Translations under genes and position numbers: made by a program
Notes under the pieces: generated by a model
What the model was told of the DNA's origin: nothing
Databases searched by the model: none
What the model saw: the letters and a program-made list of their open reading frames with translations, nothing else
NCBI GenBank assembly: GCA_035543515.1
Contig: DATKJS010000124.1
Coordinates: 8,968-72,967, forward strand
Source: Terriglobales bacterium
GTDB lineage: Bacteria; Acidobacteriota; Aminicenantia; Aminicenantales; Saccharicenantaceae
DNA length: 64,000 nucleotides
Direction: 5' to 3'
Part shown: piece after piece, positions 33,225 through 43,990 of the stretch
Numbering within the stretch: position 1 is the stretch's first letter
Layout: the number at the start of each line of letters is the position of its first letter

Positions 33225-36059
33225 GTGAAAAGAGGCGCCATCCCCATCATCGGCGTCGCGCTCGTCGTTCTCACGCTGGGCGCCGTCAATATCTACCGGA
33301 AGGCGACCTGGGTCGAATGGACCGACGGCGTCACCTGGAAGGAAACGGCCAACGGGCTGACGGCGGTCAAGGTCGACCCGAGGAGCGAGGCCTTCCTCCG
33401 GGCCGGCATCCGCAAGGGCGACGTCCTCTCGGCCATCAACAAGAACCCGGTCCGAACCCGGACCGACGTCCTCAAGAACCTCTGGATGGCCTCGAGCTCG
33501 GACCAGGCCGTCATCTACGAGATCAACACCGAGGGGATGCAGACCTACCGTCCGTTCTACCCCCAGAGGAAGGGCCCTAACCTCATCTATTTCTACCTCG
33601 CCCTGATCGGCCTGACAACGCTCGTTACGAGCTTGGTCGTCTTTTTCAACTCGGGCCAGTCCCTGGCCCCGCATTACATCTCGTTCTATCTCCTCGCGCT
33701 GTCGTTCGCGTCCTTCAATGTCTTTTCCCCGACCGGCCAGCTCGACGGCCTCGACCTCCTCTTTTACTGGATCGACAAGGTCGCCTTCCTGGCCTTCCCG
33801 CCGCTCCTCCTCCACTTCTTCATGATCTTCCCCACGCGCCAGAGGTTCCTCAAGGAGCACGCCGGCGCCGTCGCCCTGGCGTACGCCCCGGCCGCCCTCC
33901 TCCTCCTCGCGCGCATCCGCCTCCACATCCCCTGGCCGGGCCCATGGACCGACGCCGCGGCCCTCGGCCTCCACGACGCCCTCGAGCGCCTCGAGCTCTT
34001 CCACTTCGGCGCCTTTGAGGTCGCCGCCCTCGGCATTCTCGCCCACAGCGCGATCCGCGCCCCGGGCGTCCTCGTCAAGCGCCAGCAGCGGTTTATCGTC
34101 GCCGGCCTGGCCATTGGCGTCCTGCCCTCACTCGCGGTCTACGTCCTGCCCTCCGCCCTCGGCCGCATCCCGTCCACAGGCGAGGAGCTGACGATCCTCC
34201 TCCAGGCCTTCATCCCGCTCGCGTTCTTTTACTCCATCTCCCGCTCGCGGCTGGCCGACGTCGAAGTCCTCCTCAAGAGGGCCGCGACGCTCATCATCTC
34301 CTTCTTCGTCCTCGCCTTCCTCTATTTCTTCATCATCAGCCGGACGCAGCTCGTTTCGGAGAACCGGCTCAAGGTCGCCATCCTCGTCGTCGTCGCCCTC
34401 ATCCTCGGCGCGACGCTCTTCACCCCGCTCAAGAAGCTCATCCAGGCCCTCCTCGACCGGGCCCTTTACAAAACGAGCTACGAGCACCGCAAGACCCTGA
34501 TGTTCATCAGCCGGGAGCTCAGCCGGGAGCGGAACGTCCAGAAGCTCGCCCACTCGCTCCTCGAGGCCATCGCCAACGCCTTGTCCCTCCGGACGGTCGC
34601 CCTGCTCTTGGCCGACGAGAACGACCCGCGGTCGTTCGCCGTGCTCAGCGCGCGGGGCGAGGAGGAGCCGGTCGCGGCGCGGGTGACCCTGGACGAGCCG
34701 ATGGCCGACGAGCTCGCCGAAAGGGACTACGTCTCCGCCTTCCCGCGGCGGGGCCCGACGGCCCTCCAGCCGTCCCTCGACCGCTTCGCCCGCCACGGCT
34801 TCTTCCACTTCCTGCCCCTTAAGGTCGAGGCCAAGACCGTCGGCTGCCTGATGATGGGCAAGAAGTCGGACGGCTCGTACCTGTCCCGCGAGGACTGGGA
34901 GCTGATGACGGCCATCTCCGGGTCGACCGCCCTGGCCCTGGAGAACGCCGACCTCTACAGCCGCGAGACCGTCCGGGCCATGGAAATGCAGCGGCTCAAG
35001 GACTACAGCGACAACATCATCGAGAGCCTGACCGTGGGCGTCGCCGTCGTCGACGAGGCCGGGGTCGTCATCGGCTGGAACCGCGTCCTCGAGGACCAGA
35101 TGGGGCTGCGCAAGGAGGCCGCCCTCCGCCGGCCGCTCGGCGAGGTCCTCGGCCCGGCGACGCACGCCGCCCTCTTCCCGCCGGAGACCCAGCAGGATTT
35201 CCAGCTTCTGAGCGAGACCGCGCTCGAGGTCCCCGGCGGCGGCAAGAAGGTCTTCGACATCGCCCGGACGCCCCTCCTCGACAATGCCCTCAGGCCGTAC
35301 GGCACGATCATCGTCTTCGAGGACGTGACCGAGAAGATCGACCTCCAGCAGCGGCTCCTGACCTCGGAGAAGCTGGCCTCGATCGGGCTCCTGTCGGCCG
35401 GCGTCGCCCACGAGATCAACACGCCCCTGACCGGCATCTCGAGCTACATCCAGATGCTCCAGAAGAAGCTGACGGACTCCCATTACGCCCAGATCCTGGG
35501 GAAGGTCGAGGCCCAGACGGACCGGGTCGCCCGGATCATCAAGAACCTCCTGGCCTTCGCCCGCAACCCCGCGGACGCCTTGTTCCACAGGGTCGACCTC
35601 AAGGAGAGCCTGGAGGAGATCCTCTCCCTCATCGACTACAAGCTCAAGAACATGAACATCCGGCTCGACCTCGACCTCAGCCCCATCCCGCCCGTGCTCG
35701 CCCAGGGCGAGCGCCTCCAGCAGGTCTTCATCAACATCATCCTCAACGCCATCGACGCCATGCCCAGGGGCGGGACCCTCGGCATCCGGCTGGCCGAGTC
35801 GGACGGCGGGACCGTCATTCGCATCTCGGACACCGGGATCGGCATCAAGCCCGAGCACCTGGCCCGCATCTTCGACCCCTTTTTCACGACCAAGGGGATC
35901 GGCAAGGGCACGGGCCTCGGGCTGTCGATCAGCTACGCCATCGTCAAGGAGCACGAAGGGCAGATCCAGGTCCAGAGCGAGGTCGGCAAGGGGTCGACCT
36001 TCACCATCACCCTGCCCCGGCGGCCTGACGCGCCGCCCGGGCCGGCCCCCGCGCCATAG
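33225..36059 (+). CDS. Multi-domain sensor histidine kinase (PDZ-like N-domain, polytopic membrane region, GAF/PAS, HisKA, HATPase)
   Basis: The H-box is GVAHEINTPLTGISSY. The N, G1 and G2 boxes are ILNAIDAMPRGG, DTGIGI and GKGTGLGLSI. The GTG start at 33225 is tentative. Confidence 0.85.
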   Translation: MKRGAIPIIGVALVVLTLGAVNIYRKATWVEWTDGVTWKETANGLTAVKVDPRSEAFLRAGIRKGDVLSAINKNPVRTRTDVLKNLWMASSSDQAVIYEINTEGMQTYRPFYPQRKGPNLIYFYLALIGLTTLVTSLVVFFNSGQSLAPHYISFYLLALSFASFNVFSPTGQLDGLDLLFYWIDKVAFLAFPPLLLHFFMIFPTRQRFLKEHAGAVALAYAPAALLLLARIRLHIPWPGPWTDAAALGLHDALERLELFHFGAFEVAALGILAHSAIRAPGVLVKRQQRFIVAGLAIGVLPSLAVYVLPSALGRIPSTGEELTILLQAFIPLAFFYSISRSRLADVEVLLKRAATLIISFFVLAFLYFFIISRTQLVSENRLKVAILVVVALILGATLFTPLKKLIQALLDRALYKTSYEHRKTLMFISRELSRERNVQKLAHSLLEAIANALSLRTVALLLADENDPRSFAVLSARGEEEPVAARVTLDEPMADELAERDYVSAFPRRGPTALQPSLDRFARHGFFHFLPLKVEAKTVGCLMMGKKSDGSYLSREDWELMTAISGSTALALENADLYSRETVRAMEMQRLKDYSDNIIESLTVGVAVVDEAGVVIGWNRVLEDQMGLRKEAALRRPLGEVLGPATHAALFPPETQQDFQLLSETALEVPGGGKKVFDIARTPLLDNALRPYGTIIVFEDVTEKIDLQQRLLTSEKLASIGLLSAGVAHEINTPLTGISSYIQMLQKKLTDSHYAQILGKVEAQTDRVARIIKNLLAFARNPADALFHRVDLKESLEEILSLIDYKLKNMNIRLDLDLSPIPPVLAQGERLQQVFINIILNAIDAMPRGGTLGIRLAESDGGTVIRISDTGIGIKPEHLARIFDPFFTTKGIGKGTGLGLSISYAIVKEHEGQIQVQSEVGKGSTFTITLPRRPDAPPGPAPAP

Positions 36060-36071
36060 AGGACACGTTCC

Positions 36072-37463
<1,392 letters not shown>

Positions 37464-37467
37464 GGCG

Positions 37468-40158
37468 TCAGGAGAACTTCCCGGGGACGGCGCGCAGGGG
37501 ATTGAAAACGACGCGGTCGACCTTGCCCGCGACGTCGAAGACGATCTCCTGGCTCGGCTTGTCGATGACGAGCCTCTCCCGATGCACCTGCCCCCGGCTC
37601 GTCCACTCGACCCAGAGCGGAAAGACGAAGCGCCCCCGGGTCTGGGTGACCCGGAGCCTCAGGCGGGCGCCGGACCGCCCGGTTTCCTCCGCCCACGAGG
37701 TCTGGACCGCCGGCAGCTCCCAGGACCGGAGCCAGCCCTGGAAAAAGTCGCCGAGGTCCCGCCCCGAAGCCCCCTCCATGGCGGCTATGAAACTCTCCGT
37801 TCGGGCCGCGCTGTACTTATGGCGGGCGAAGAACTCCCTGAGGCCGGAGAGGAAGACGTCCGGGCCGAGGAGGTCCTCGAGCATGAAGAGGACGAGGGCC
37901 GCCTTGTCGTAGACGACGGCCTGGTAGGCCTCGAAATCGAGGAAGCTCAGGCGCGAGCCGAGCATGATCGGGCCCTTGACGGACTTCTTCTCCGTCCACT
38001 TGGCGAACTTGGCCAGGACCGAGGCGTAGGCCCTCTCGCCGTACTTCTCGCGCAGATAGGACGCGGCGGCGAACTGGGCCAGGCCCTCGCTCAGCCACTG
38101 GTCCTTGTAGGTCAGAAAGGACACGCCCTGCCCCCACCATTGGTGGGCGATCTCGTGGGCCAGGAAATAGTCGTCCCAGTCGGAGAGGTTGACGGGGCTG
38201 CCGGACGCGGCGGGATACGGGTTGTCGCCGAACCAGGGGATCTCGTTGAGGACGACGAAAGAGGCCGGGCTGTGGCCTCCGGCCGTGGGATAGAGCCGGC
38301 TGACGATGCCCAGCTTCTCGTACGGATAGGGGCCGAACGACCGGATGTAGAAGTCCAGGATCCCCCGCGCCTTGTCGACGAGGTTGGGGTCGTTCGCCAT
38401 GACCTCGGTCGAGGCGAAGGCCCGGATGGGGACCGGGTCGGCCGCCTCCTTGGGCCGGTCGAACTTGCCGACGATGAACGACATGTACTTGACCGGGAAT
38501 CTCGTCTCGAAGGTGTAGACGGCGCTGCCCGCCTTCTCGATCTCGACGACGTCACCCATCTCGTTCCAGCGGCCCTTCTCGACGAGGTCCCCGTTCGAGA
38601 CGCACTTGTAGTCCGGGGGCACGACGAGCTTGAGCCGGGCCTGGAAATAGTCCTCCTCCGGGGGGGCCGGGTACCATAGGCCGGACTGGGAGAAGAAGTA
38701 GGTATCGAAGCGCGGCCGGAAGATGAGCTTGGTGGGCGGCATGGACTGGCCGATGACGTCCGTCGTGGGCGGAGGGGGATGCATCCGGCCGCGATAATAG
38801 ACCTCGATCAAGGTCGTTGTCTGCGGGGCCGGCGGCGCGATGAGGTAGATGTAGAGGAGCTTGCGGAGCCTGTCCCTCGTGTAGAAGAGCTCCCTCTTCT
38901 CCTGGTCGAAGACCCGGAGGATCTCGAGGTCCGGGGAGAAGCGGAGCTTGACCGTGTCCAGCCCGGGCGCCCGGGCCACGACCGAGATGCGGGCCTTGCC
39001 CGAGAGATAGGAGTCGGCAGGGGCGTAGCTGAGGTCGAGCTGGTAGCGGTCGACGTCGAACTTGTCGGCGAAGCTGACGAAGAACCGCTTCTCCTTCAGG
39101 CTCCCCTCCTCTCCCGGGCTGTAGAGGCTGACGATCCGGTCCCGGGTCCGGTCATAGAGGTTGACCTCCTCCTCCGAGAAAGGGTAATAGACGTAGGTCA
39201 GCTCGCCGGCGCGCCGGGCCTTGAACTCGAAGACGGCCTCGTCGCCCTGCGGCAGGATGGACAGGAATTCGTGGTCGAGGGAGCTCTCGATGGTGAACGA
39301 TCGCGGGTAATTCCTGGAGAAGAGGGCCGCCGCCCGCGCCGTTTCCTCTTCCGTCGCGGCCGGCAGGCCGTCCTCCCGGCCGATCTTGATGTGGGAGGAG
39401 GCGAAGACGTCGGAGCAGCGGACGTAGAGCTGGTTGACTCCGTCCTCGAGGAAGGGCTTGCCGTAGATGATCTCCATCTCGTGCTGCTCGACCGGGTCCG
39501 ACGGGGAGAAGCGGACGGTCCCCTTGCCCAGGATGACGAAGGCCGTCTCGATCCCGGGCAGGTTGTCATGGAAGACCACGGCATCCGTGAACGACAGGCG
39601 GATGTCGCGGTGGCTGAGCTCGAGGGTGCGGACACGCTCGGACGGGCCGCCGGGGATGCGGACCTTGAAGAGGCGGCTCGCGTTGCCCATGATGTCGTTC
39701 GCCGCGATCTCCCAGCGCCCGTTTTGGACGGCCAGGCCGAGCTGCCAGGTCTCCATGATGACGGCCGTGGCGTTCTCGAAGTAGGCCTGGCAGTAAAGGT
39801 GAGTCGCGCCGCCGGCGTCCGTCCGTTTCCCCGCCAGCCGGAGCCGGACCGAATCCATCTCGAAATCGTGGAAGAAATTGTCCAGGCGGCGGCGCTCGAG
39901 GTCCCGGGCGGCGGGGGCGACGAGGTCCAGATACCGTTCGAGGTCCTTTTTCTGGAGAAGGGCCTGGGCCTGGCCGAAAAAGGCCTCCGGCGTCGGGAGG
40001 GCGGCTTGTCGTGCGGCCGAACGGACGGCCCTGGCGGCCGCCGGAGCGTCCGCGGCGCCGGCCAGCGCGGCGAGAGAGAGGCCGAGGAAGAGGACAAGCC
40101 AGAGGGCTCTTCTCGCGGCCGTTGCCGTTCTACCAGCGCGAAGAACCTCGTTCTTCAT
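37468..40158 (-). CDS. M1-family zinc aminopeptidase (aminopeptidase N-like), secreted
   Basis: Start at 40158 (MKNEVLRAGRTATAARRALWLVLFLGLSLAALAGAADA signal peptide). The zinc site is HEIAHQWWG, with WLSEGLAQF as the third ligand motif. Confidence 0.85.
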   Translation of the reverse strand: MKNEVLRAGRTATAARRALWLVLFLGLSLAALAGAADAPAAARAVRSAARQAALPTPEAFFGQAQALLQKKDLERYLDLVAPAARDLERRRLDNFFHDFEMDSVRLRLAGKRTDAGGATHLYCQAYFENATAVIMETWQLGLAVQNGRWEIAANDIMGNASRLFKVRIPGGPSERVRTLELSHRDIRLSFTDAVVFHDNLPGIETAFVILGKGTVRFSPSDPVEQHEMEIIYGKPFLEDGVNQLYVRCSDVFASSHIKIGREDGLPAATEEETARAAALFSRNYPRSFTIESSLDHEFLSILPQGDEAVFEFKARRAGELTYVYYPFSEEEVNLYDRTRDRIVSLYSPGEEGSLKEKRFFVSFADKFDVDRYQLDLSYAPADSYLSGKARISVVARAPGLDTVKLRFSPDLEILRVFDQEKRELFYTRDRLRKLLYIYLIAPPAPQTTTLIEVYYRGRMHPPPPTTDVIGQSMPPTKLIFRPRFDTYFFSQSGLWYPAPPEEDYFQARLKLVVPPDYKCVSNGDLVEKGRWNEMGDVVEIEKAGSAVYTFETRFPVKYMSFIVGKFDRPKEAADPVPIRAFASTEVMANDPNLVDKARGILDFYIRSFGPYPYEKLGIVSRLYPTAGGHSPASFVVLNEIPWFGDNPYPAASGSPVNLSDWDDYFLAHEIAHQWWGQGVSFLTYKDQWLSEGLAQFAAASYLREKYGERAYASVLAKFAKWTEKKSVKGPIMLGSRLSFLDFEAYQAVVYDKAALVLFMLEDLLGPDVFLSGLREFFARHKYSAARTESFIAAMEGASGRDLGDFFQGWLRSWELPAVQTSWAEETGRSGARLRLRVTQTRGRFVFPLWVEWTSRGQVHRERLVIDKPSQEIVFDVAGKVDRVVFNPLRAVPGKFS

Positions 40159-40309
40159 AGGCGACCCGCTCGACCGCAACCCTGAAGAGCGGAATTCATG
40201 CCAAGAGGTGTTCTTGGCCCCTCCTCCGAGGACGGCGTTGGCCGGGGCTTTGAAGCGGCGGTCGTGCGGCCGAGAAGAGCTCGGCGCGTAAAGGACTTTT
40301 ACAGGCTGT

Positions 40310-40615
40310 TCATGTCCTAAGCCGGCGGCCCAGGACCTTCTCCACATCCTCCACCTTGCCCGTGATCCGCCCCTTGGCCCGCTCCCGGTCGTCGACGGCG
40401 ATATGGGTCAGGACCCGGCCCGATTCCTGCCGCATCCGGCGGTGGCACTCCCTGATCAGGGCGAAGACGTCGTCCCAATCGCCCTCGACGATGGTCCCCA
40501 TGGCCGTCAGCCGATAGGGCAGGCCGCTCTTGTCGACGATGTCGATGATCTTGGCGACCGGCCCGGCCAGCTCCTCGCCCTTGCCGATGGGCACGACGCT
40601 GAATTCGACGATCAT
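40310..40615 (-). CDS. MTH1187/YkoF-family small protein
   Basis: MIVEFSVVPIGKGEE...VSLAVDDRE matches the family pattern. The protein is 101 aa. Confidence 0.65.
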   Translation of the reverse strand: MIVEFSVVPIGKGEELAGPVAKIIDIVDKSGLPYRLTAMGTIVEGDWDDVFALIRECHRRMRQESGRVLTHIAVDDRERAKGRITGKVEDVEKVLGRRLRT

Positions 40616-40655
40616 GGCCTCCCTCCCCCGCGTTCCCCCCCCGACCCGGCGCTGT

Positions 40656-41135
40656 TCAGGCCTTGTCCCGGGCTTTGTCTCTATCCCTCTCTTTTTCCTT
40701 GTCCTTGCCGGACCCGCCCCGCCTGAGGTGCTCTTCCCAGGTGATGAAGCTGTGGTAATAGACCTGGTCCCCCTCGTCGATGCCGCGGGTGATCTCGGTG
40801 ATGTGGGAGGTCTCAGCCTTGAAGGCCTCGACGGCGTAGACGACGGCCTTGTCGGGCTTGACGTTGGCGCCGCAGGTATAGATGTCCAAGGCGGCGTAGC
40901 CCATCTCGGGCCAGGTGTGGGTCGAGATGTGGGACTCCGAGATGACGACGACGCCGCTCACCCCGTGCGGCGGGAACTTGCTGAACGAGATCGCCCAGAC
41001 GTGGGCGCCCGCGATCTCGGCCGCCTTGACCAGGATCTGCTGGACCCTCTCGACGCTGCCGATGACCCTCGGGTCGCAGCCCGAGGCCTCGACAATGTAG
41101 TGGTGGCCGATCGGGGAATGGGGGGTCTTGACCAT
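40656..41135 (-). CDS. speH: S-adenosylmethionine decarboxylase proenzyme (SpeH, class 1b pyruvoyl enzyme) with a Lys/Asp/Arg-rich C-terminal tail
   Basis: ISESHISTHTWPE carries the self-cleavage Ser. The 159-aa protein ends GKDKEKERDRDKARDKA. Confidence 0.85.
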   Translation of the reverse strand: MVKTPHSPIGHHYIVEASGCDPRVIGSVERVQQILVKAAEIAGAHVWAISFSKFPPHGVSGVVVISESHISTHTWPEMGYAALDIYTCGANVKPDKAVVYAVEAFKAETSHITEITRGIDEGDQVYYHSFITWEEHLRRGGSGKDKEKERDRDKARDKA

Positions 41136-41291
41136 CGCCGTCTCCTTGCGCGCTCTCGAAAAAACGATTATGGCACAATCGGACGGCGTGTCAAGAAAAA
41201 TGGGGACATGTACTCTATGTACGTGTCCCCGGCCTCAAACTTGTTCAGGATATTTCTTAGAAGCGAGGCTCCGAGCCGCTCCGTCCCGCTT

Positions 41292-41391
41292 TGTCTATAT
41301 CCTTCCCAGAAGTACGGCTCTGAGTCACGCCGCCGTACTTCTGATGGTCGCTCCTAAGAATCCGCTCCCTGCCGGACAGGACCCGCCCGCT
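41292..41391 (+). repeat. Mosaic MITE-like repeat, partial copy D (middle segment)
   Basis: GTCTATATCCTTCCCAGAAGTACGGC...GCCGTACTTCTGATGGTCGCTCCTAAGAATCCGCTCCCTGCCGGACAGGACCCG aligns with the reverse complement of copy B, including an identical TCTGATGGTCGCT. It lies in the speH-lrp intergenic region. Confidence 0.55.
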
Positions 41392-41394
41392 GAT

Positions 41395-41838
41395 TCAAAC
41401 GGCGACGCGGCGCTCTTCCTTGACGACGTTGAGGACGATGTGGGTCACCGTCCGGTCGACGAAGGGAAAGCCGAGGAGCTTCTTGACGAAGCGGTTGAGG
41501 TCCTCGCGGTCCTTGAAATAGCCGATGACGAAGGAGTCCCAGTCGCCGGTGACGTCGTAGACGGCTGTCGCGCGGGGGTCCTGCGAGATCCGCTTCTGCG
41601 TTTCGAGGAGCTTGCCCTTCGAGATGCGCACGGCGACGACGGCGATGAGGTTGACGCCGAAGTGCTCGAGGTCGACGACCGGGATATAGCCCTTGATGGC
41701 CCCGCAAGCCTCCATCTTCTTGACGGCGTTGATGACGGCCGTGGTCGAAGTCCCGACCTCCTTCGCGATCTCCCGAAAGCTCTTGCGGGCGTTGTTGTTC
41801 AGAGCCCAGACGATCCTGCGGTCCAGATCATCGGTCAT
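41395..41838 (-). CDS. lrp: Lrp/AsnC-family transcriptional regulator
   Basis: Start at 41838 with a GGAGG Shine-Dalgarno (MTDDLDRRIVWALNNNARKSFREIAKEVG helix-turn-helix). The C-terminal part is a RAM domain. Confidence 0.85.
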   Translation of the reverse strand: MTDDLDRRIVWALNNNARKSFREIAKEVGTSTTAVINAVKKMEACGAIKGYIPVVDLEHFGVNLIAVVAVRISKGKLLETQKRISQDPRATAVYDVTGDWDSFVIGYFKDREDLNRFVKKLLGFPFVDRTVTHIVLNVVKEERRVAV

Positions 41839-41880
41839 TTCATGGCCTCCTTGTGTCATGATTATCTGCTGATAGGATGG

Positions 41881-41917
41881 CGTTTGTCAATATTATTATT
41901 AATTATATTGACAAACG
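41881..41917. promoter_or_regulatory. AT-rich 14-bp-arm palindrome CGTTTGTCAATAT...ATATTGACAAACG between lrp and glnA
   Basis: It is a perfect inverted repeat inside a ~115-bp AT-rich island. It may be back-to-back -35 boxes for the divergent genes or a regulator operator. Confidence 0.45.
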
Positions 41918-41974
41918 TTCTTCGTTAATATATTTTTCGTGACATATTGATCATAGCCATAAGGAGGAAAGGAC

Positions 41975-43381
41975 ATGGCGCTTAAAGGAGAGACGACACC
42001 CAAGGTGTTCGGCATGAGGGATGAGAAGGACGTCCTCGGGGCCGTCCTCGACCCGGCCGCGGGCATCGAGTTCATCCGCCTCGTCTTCCCCGACATCCTG
42101 GGACGGCCGATGGACTTCACCATCCCGGGTTCGGAGCTTGACAAGGCCTTCTCCGAGGGCAAGGGTTTCGACGGCTCCTCGATCGCCGGCTTCGTCCGGA
42201 TCGAGGAGAGCGACCTCATCATCAAGCCGGACCCGAAGACGTTCCGGCTCCTTCCGTGGCAGTACCGGGGGTTCGAGGAGGGCGTGCGCTGGCGGGAGGC
42301 CGTCATGTTCGGCGACATCCTGAGCCCGGACGGCCGCCCCTACGTCGGCGACAGCCGCGGCGTCCTCAAGAAGGCGCTCGCCGCGGCGCGGAAGGACATG
42401 GGCATCGAGGACTTCAAATGCGGCCCCGAGCTCGAGTTCTTCATCTTCCCGTCGAGCGAAGAGCCGGTCCCGACGGACGCCGGAGGCTACTTCTTCAGCG
42501 GCCGCCACGGCGAGCTCCGCAAGGAGATCCAGCTCCTCCTGCAGCGCATGGGCGTCGAGACCGAGTACGACCATCACGAGGTCGCCCACGGCCAGCACGA
42601 GATCGACCTTCGGTACCTCGGCGCCCTCGAGATGGCCGACGTCGGCATGATCTTCCGTTACATGGTCAAGAAGGTCTGCCGCATGCACGGGCTCTATGCC
42701 ACGTTTATGCCCAAGCCCATCAACGGCCAGAACGGCAGCGGCATGCACGTCCACCAGTCCCTGTGGAAGGACGGCAAGAACCTGTTCTTCGACAAGAAGG
42801 GCTCGTACTTCCTCTCGGACATGGCCCGCCATTACATCGCCGGGTGCATGGCCCACGCCCGGGAGGTCTCGGCCGTCCTCAGCCAGTGGGTCAACTCCTA
42901 CAAGCGCCTGATCGAGGGCTACGAGGCGCCCGTCTACATCGCCTGGGGCCAGAAGAACCGCTCGGCCTACATCCGGGTGCCCGAGTACCAGCCGGGCAAG
43001 GAGCGGGCCACCCGGATCGAGCTCCGCGCCGCCGACCCGGCCTGCAATATTTATCTGGCCTTCGCCGTCATGCTGGCCGCCGGCCTCGACGGCATCAAGA
43101 AGAAGGAAGCCCTCGTCGCCCCGGTCGAGGAGAACATCTACCACATGAGCGGCACGCGCCAGAAGAAATTCGACATCCACGTCCTGCCGCGGAACCTCGA
43201 GGAGGCGGTCCGGCTCATGGAAAAGAGCGACCTCGTCCGGGAGACGCTGGGCGCCCATATCTTCGACAAGCTCGTCGCCAACAAAAAGCAGGAGGTCGAG
43301 GAGTACAGCCGGAACGTCTCGGGGGAGTTCGAGAAGCAGGTCAGCGACTACGAGGTCGAGCGCTACCTCCCGTTCCTCTAG
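41975..43381 (+). CDS. glnA: Glutamine synthetase
   Basis: 468 aa, preceded by an AAGGAGGAAAGG Shine-Dalgarno. The catalytic domain contains the GS signatures (KPINGQNGSGMHVHQSLW). Confidence 0.9.
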   Translation: MALKGETTPKVFGMRDEKDVLGAVLDPAAGIEFIRLVFPDILGRPMDFTIPGSELDKAFSEGKGFDGSSIAGFVRIEESDLIIKPDPKTFRLLPWQYRGFEEGVRWREAVMFGDILSPDGRPYVGDSRGVLKKALAAARKDMGIEDFKCGPELEFFIFPSSEEPVPTDAGGYFFSGRHGELRKEIQLLLQRMGVETEYDHHEVAHGQHEIDLRYLGALEMADVGMIFRYMVKKVCRMHGLYATFMPKPINGQNGSGMHVHQSLWKDGKNLFFDKKGSYFLSDMARHYIAGCMAHAREVSAVLSQWVNSYKRLIEGYEAPVYIAWGQKNRSAYIRVPEYQPGKERATRIELRAADPACNIYLAFAVMLAAGLDGIKKKEALVAPVEENIYHMSGTRQKKFDIHVLPRNLEEAVRLMEKSDLVRETLGAHIFDKLVANKKQEVEEYSRNVSGEFEKQVSDYEVERYLPFL

Positions 43382-43460
43382 AGGAGCTAGGCCTCGGGGG
43401 ACGGCCTCCATTCAAGAGCGCGGTTCTTAACGCCTCCCCGAAGCGTCACTGTCCGAGGCC

Positions 43461-43885
43461 GGACGGGTCCTGTCCTTGTGCGTCCCCGTCCGTCCTCGCT
43501 CCGGCTCGCACTCCCCGCATCCGGACCATCGGCTCCGTAGCCCGCAACCTCGAGTGGCGCGCCCGCTGGGTTCCTAGGGGCTTAGCTCCATCGTTCCACG
43601 GCATCGTAGCCCGCGTCGTGGGAACTCCGCTGCGGGCGCGGACTGGCACCGGCCACCCCTCCGCTGTCCTAAACGCTCCGGGGAGGCTAGACCGCACATG
43701 ACGTTCCGACCAATCCCCGAGGCCCCTCAGGCAAGCGAGCGGCGGCTGGCGCAGGTGGCGCCGAGGCCGTCCGAAAGCCCCCATTTGGAGGAGGACCCGT
43801 CTGCCTTGCCGACGGGGGAACCGGGACAGGTTCCCGGGGCCGGGGGATAAGGGCGGCCTCGGCGCCACCTGCCGGGCGTTGTCTG
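43461..43885 (+). repeat. Mosaic MITE-like repeat, full-length copy C
   Basis: The 5' end GGACGGGTCCTGTCC...TGCGTCCCCGTCC and a ~180-bp block are colinear with copy B. An 18-bp long-range stem (43752-43769 pairing with 43854-43871) encloses the core hairpin at 43816-43835. The copy starts just after the glnA stop. Confidence 0.7.
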
Positions 43886-43990
43886 GCACTAGACCACCAC
43901 TGCGGATCATTGCTCTTCCTCTGACATTCCTTATATAATTCGCGCAAATGACGCCGGCTGTCCTTTGTCAGGACGGAAAGGAGCCCCGCC

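Noticed and set aside
41951-43411. 486-aa minus-strand ORF opposite glnA, and the plus-strand ORFs 42256-43701 and 43931-45682 (minus)
   Set aside because: These are antisense or alternative frames of glnA and the amidohydrolase, with low-complexity translations.
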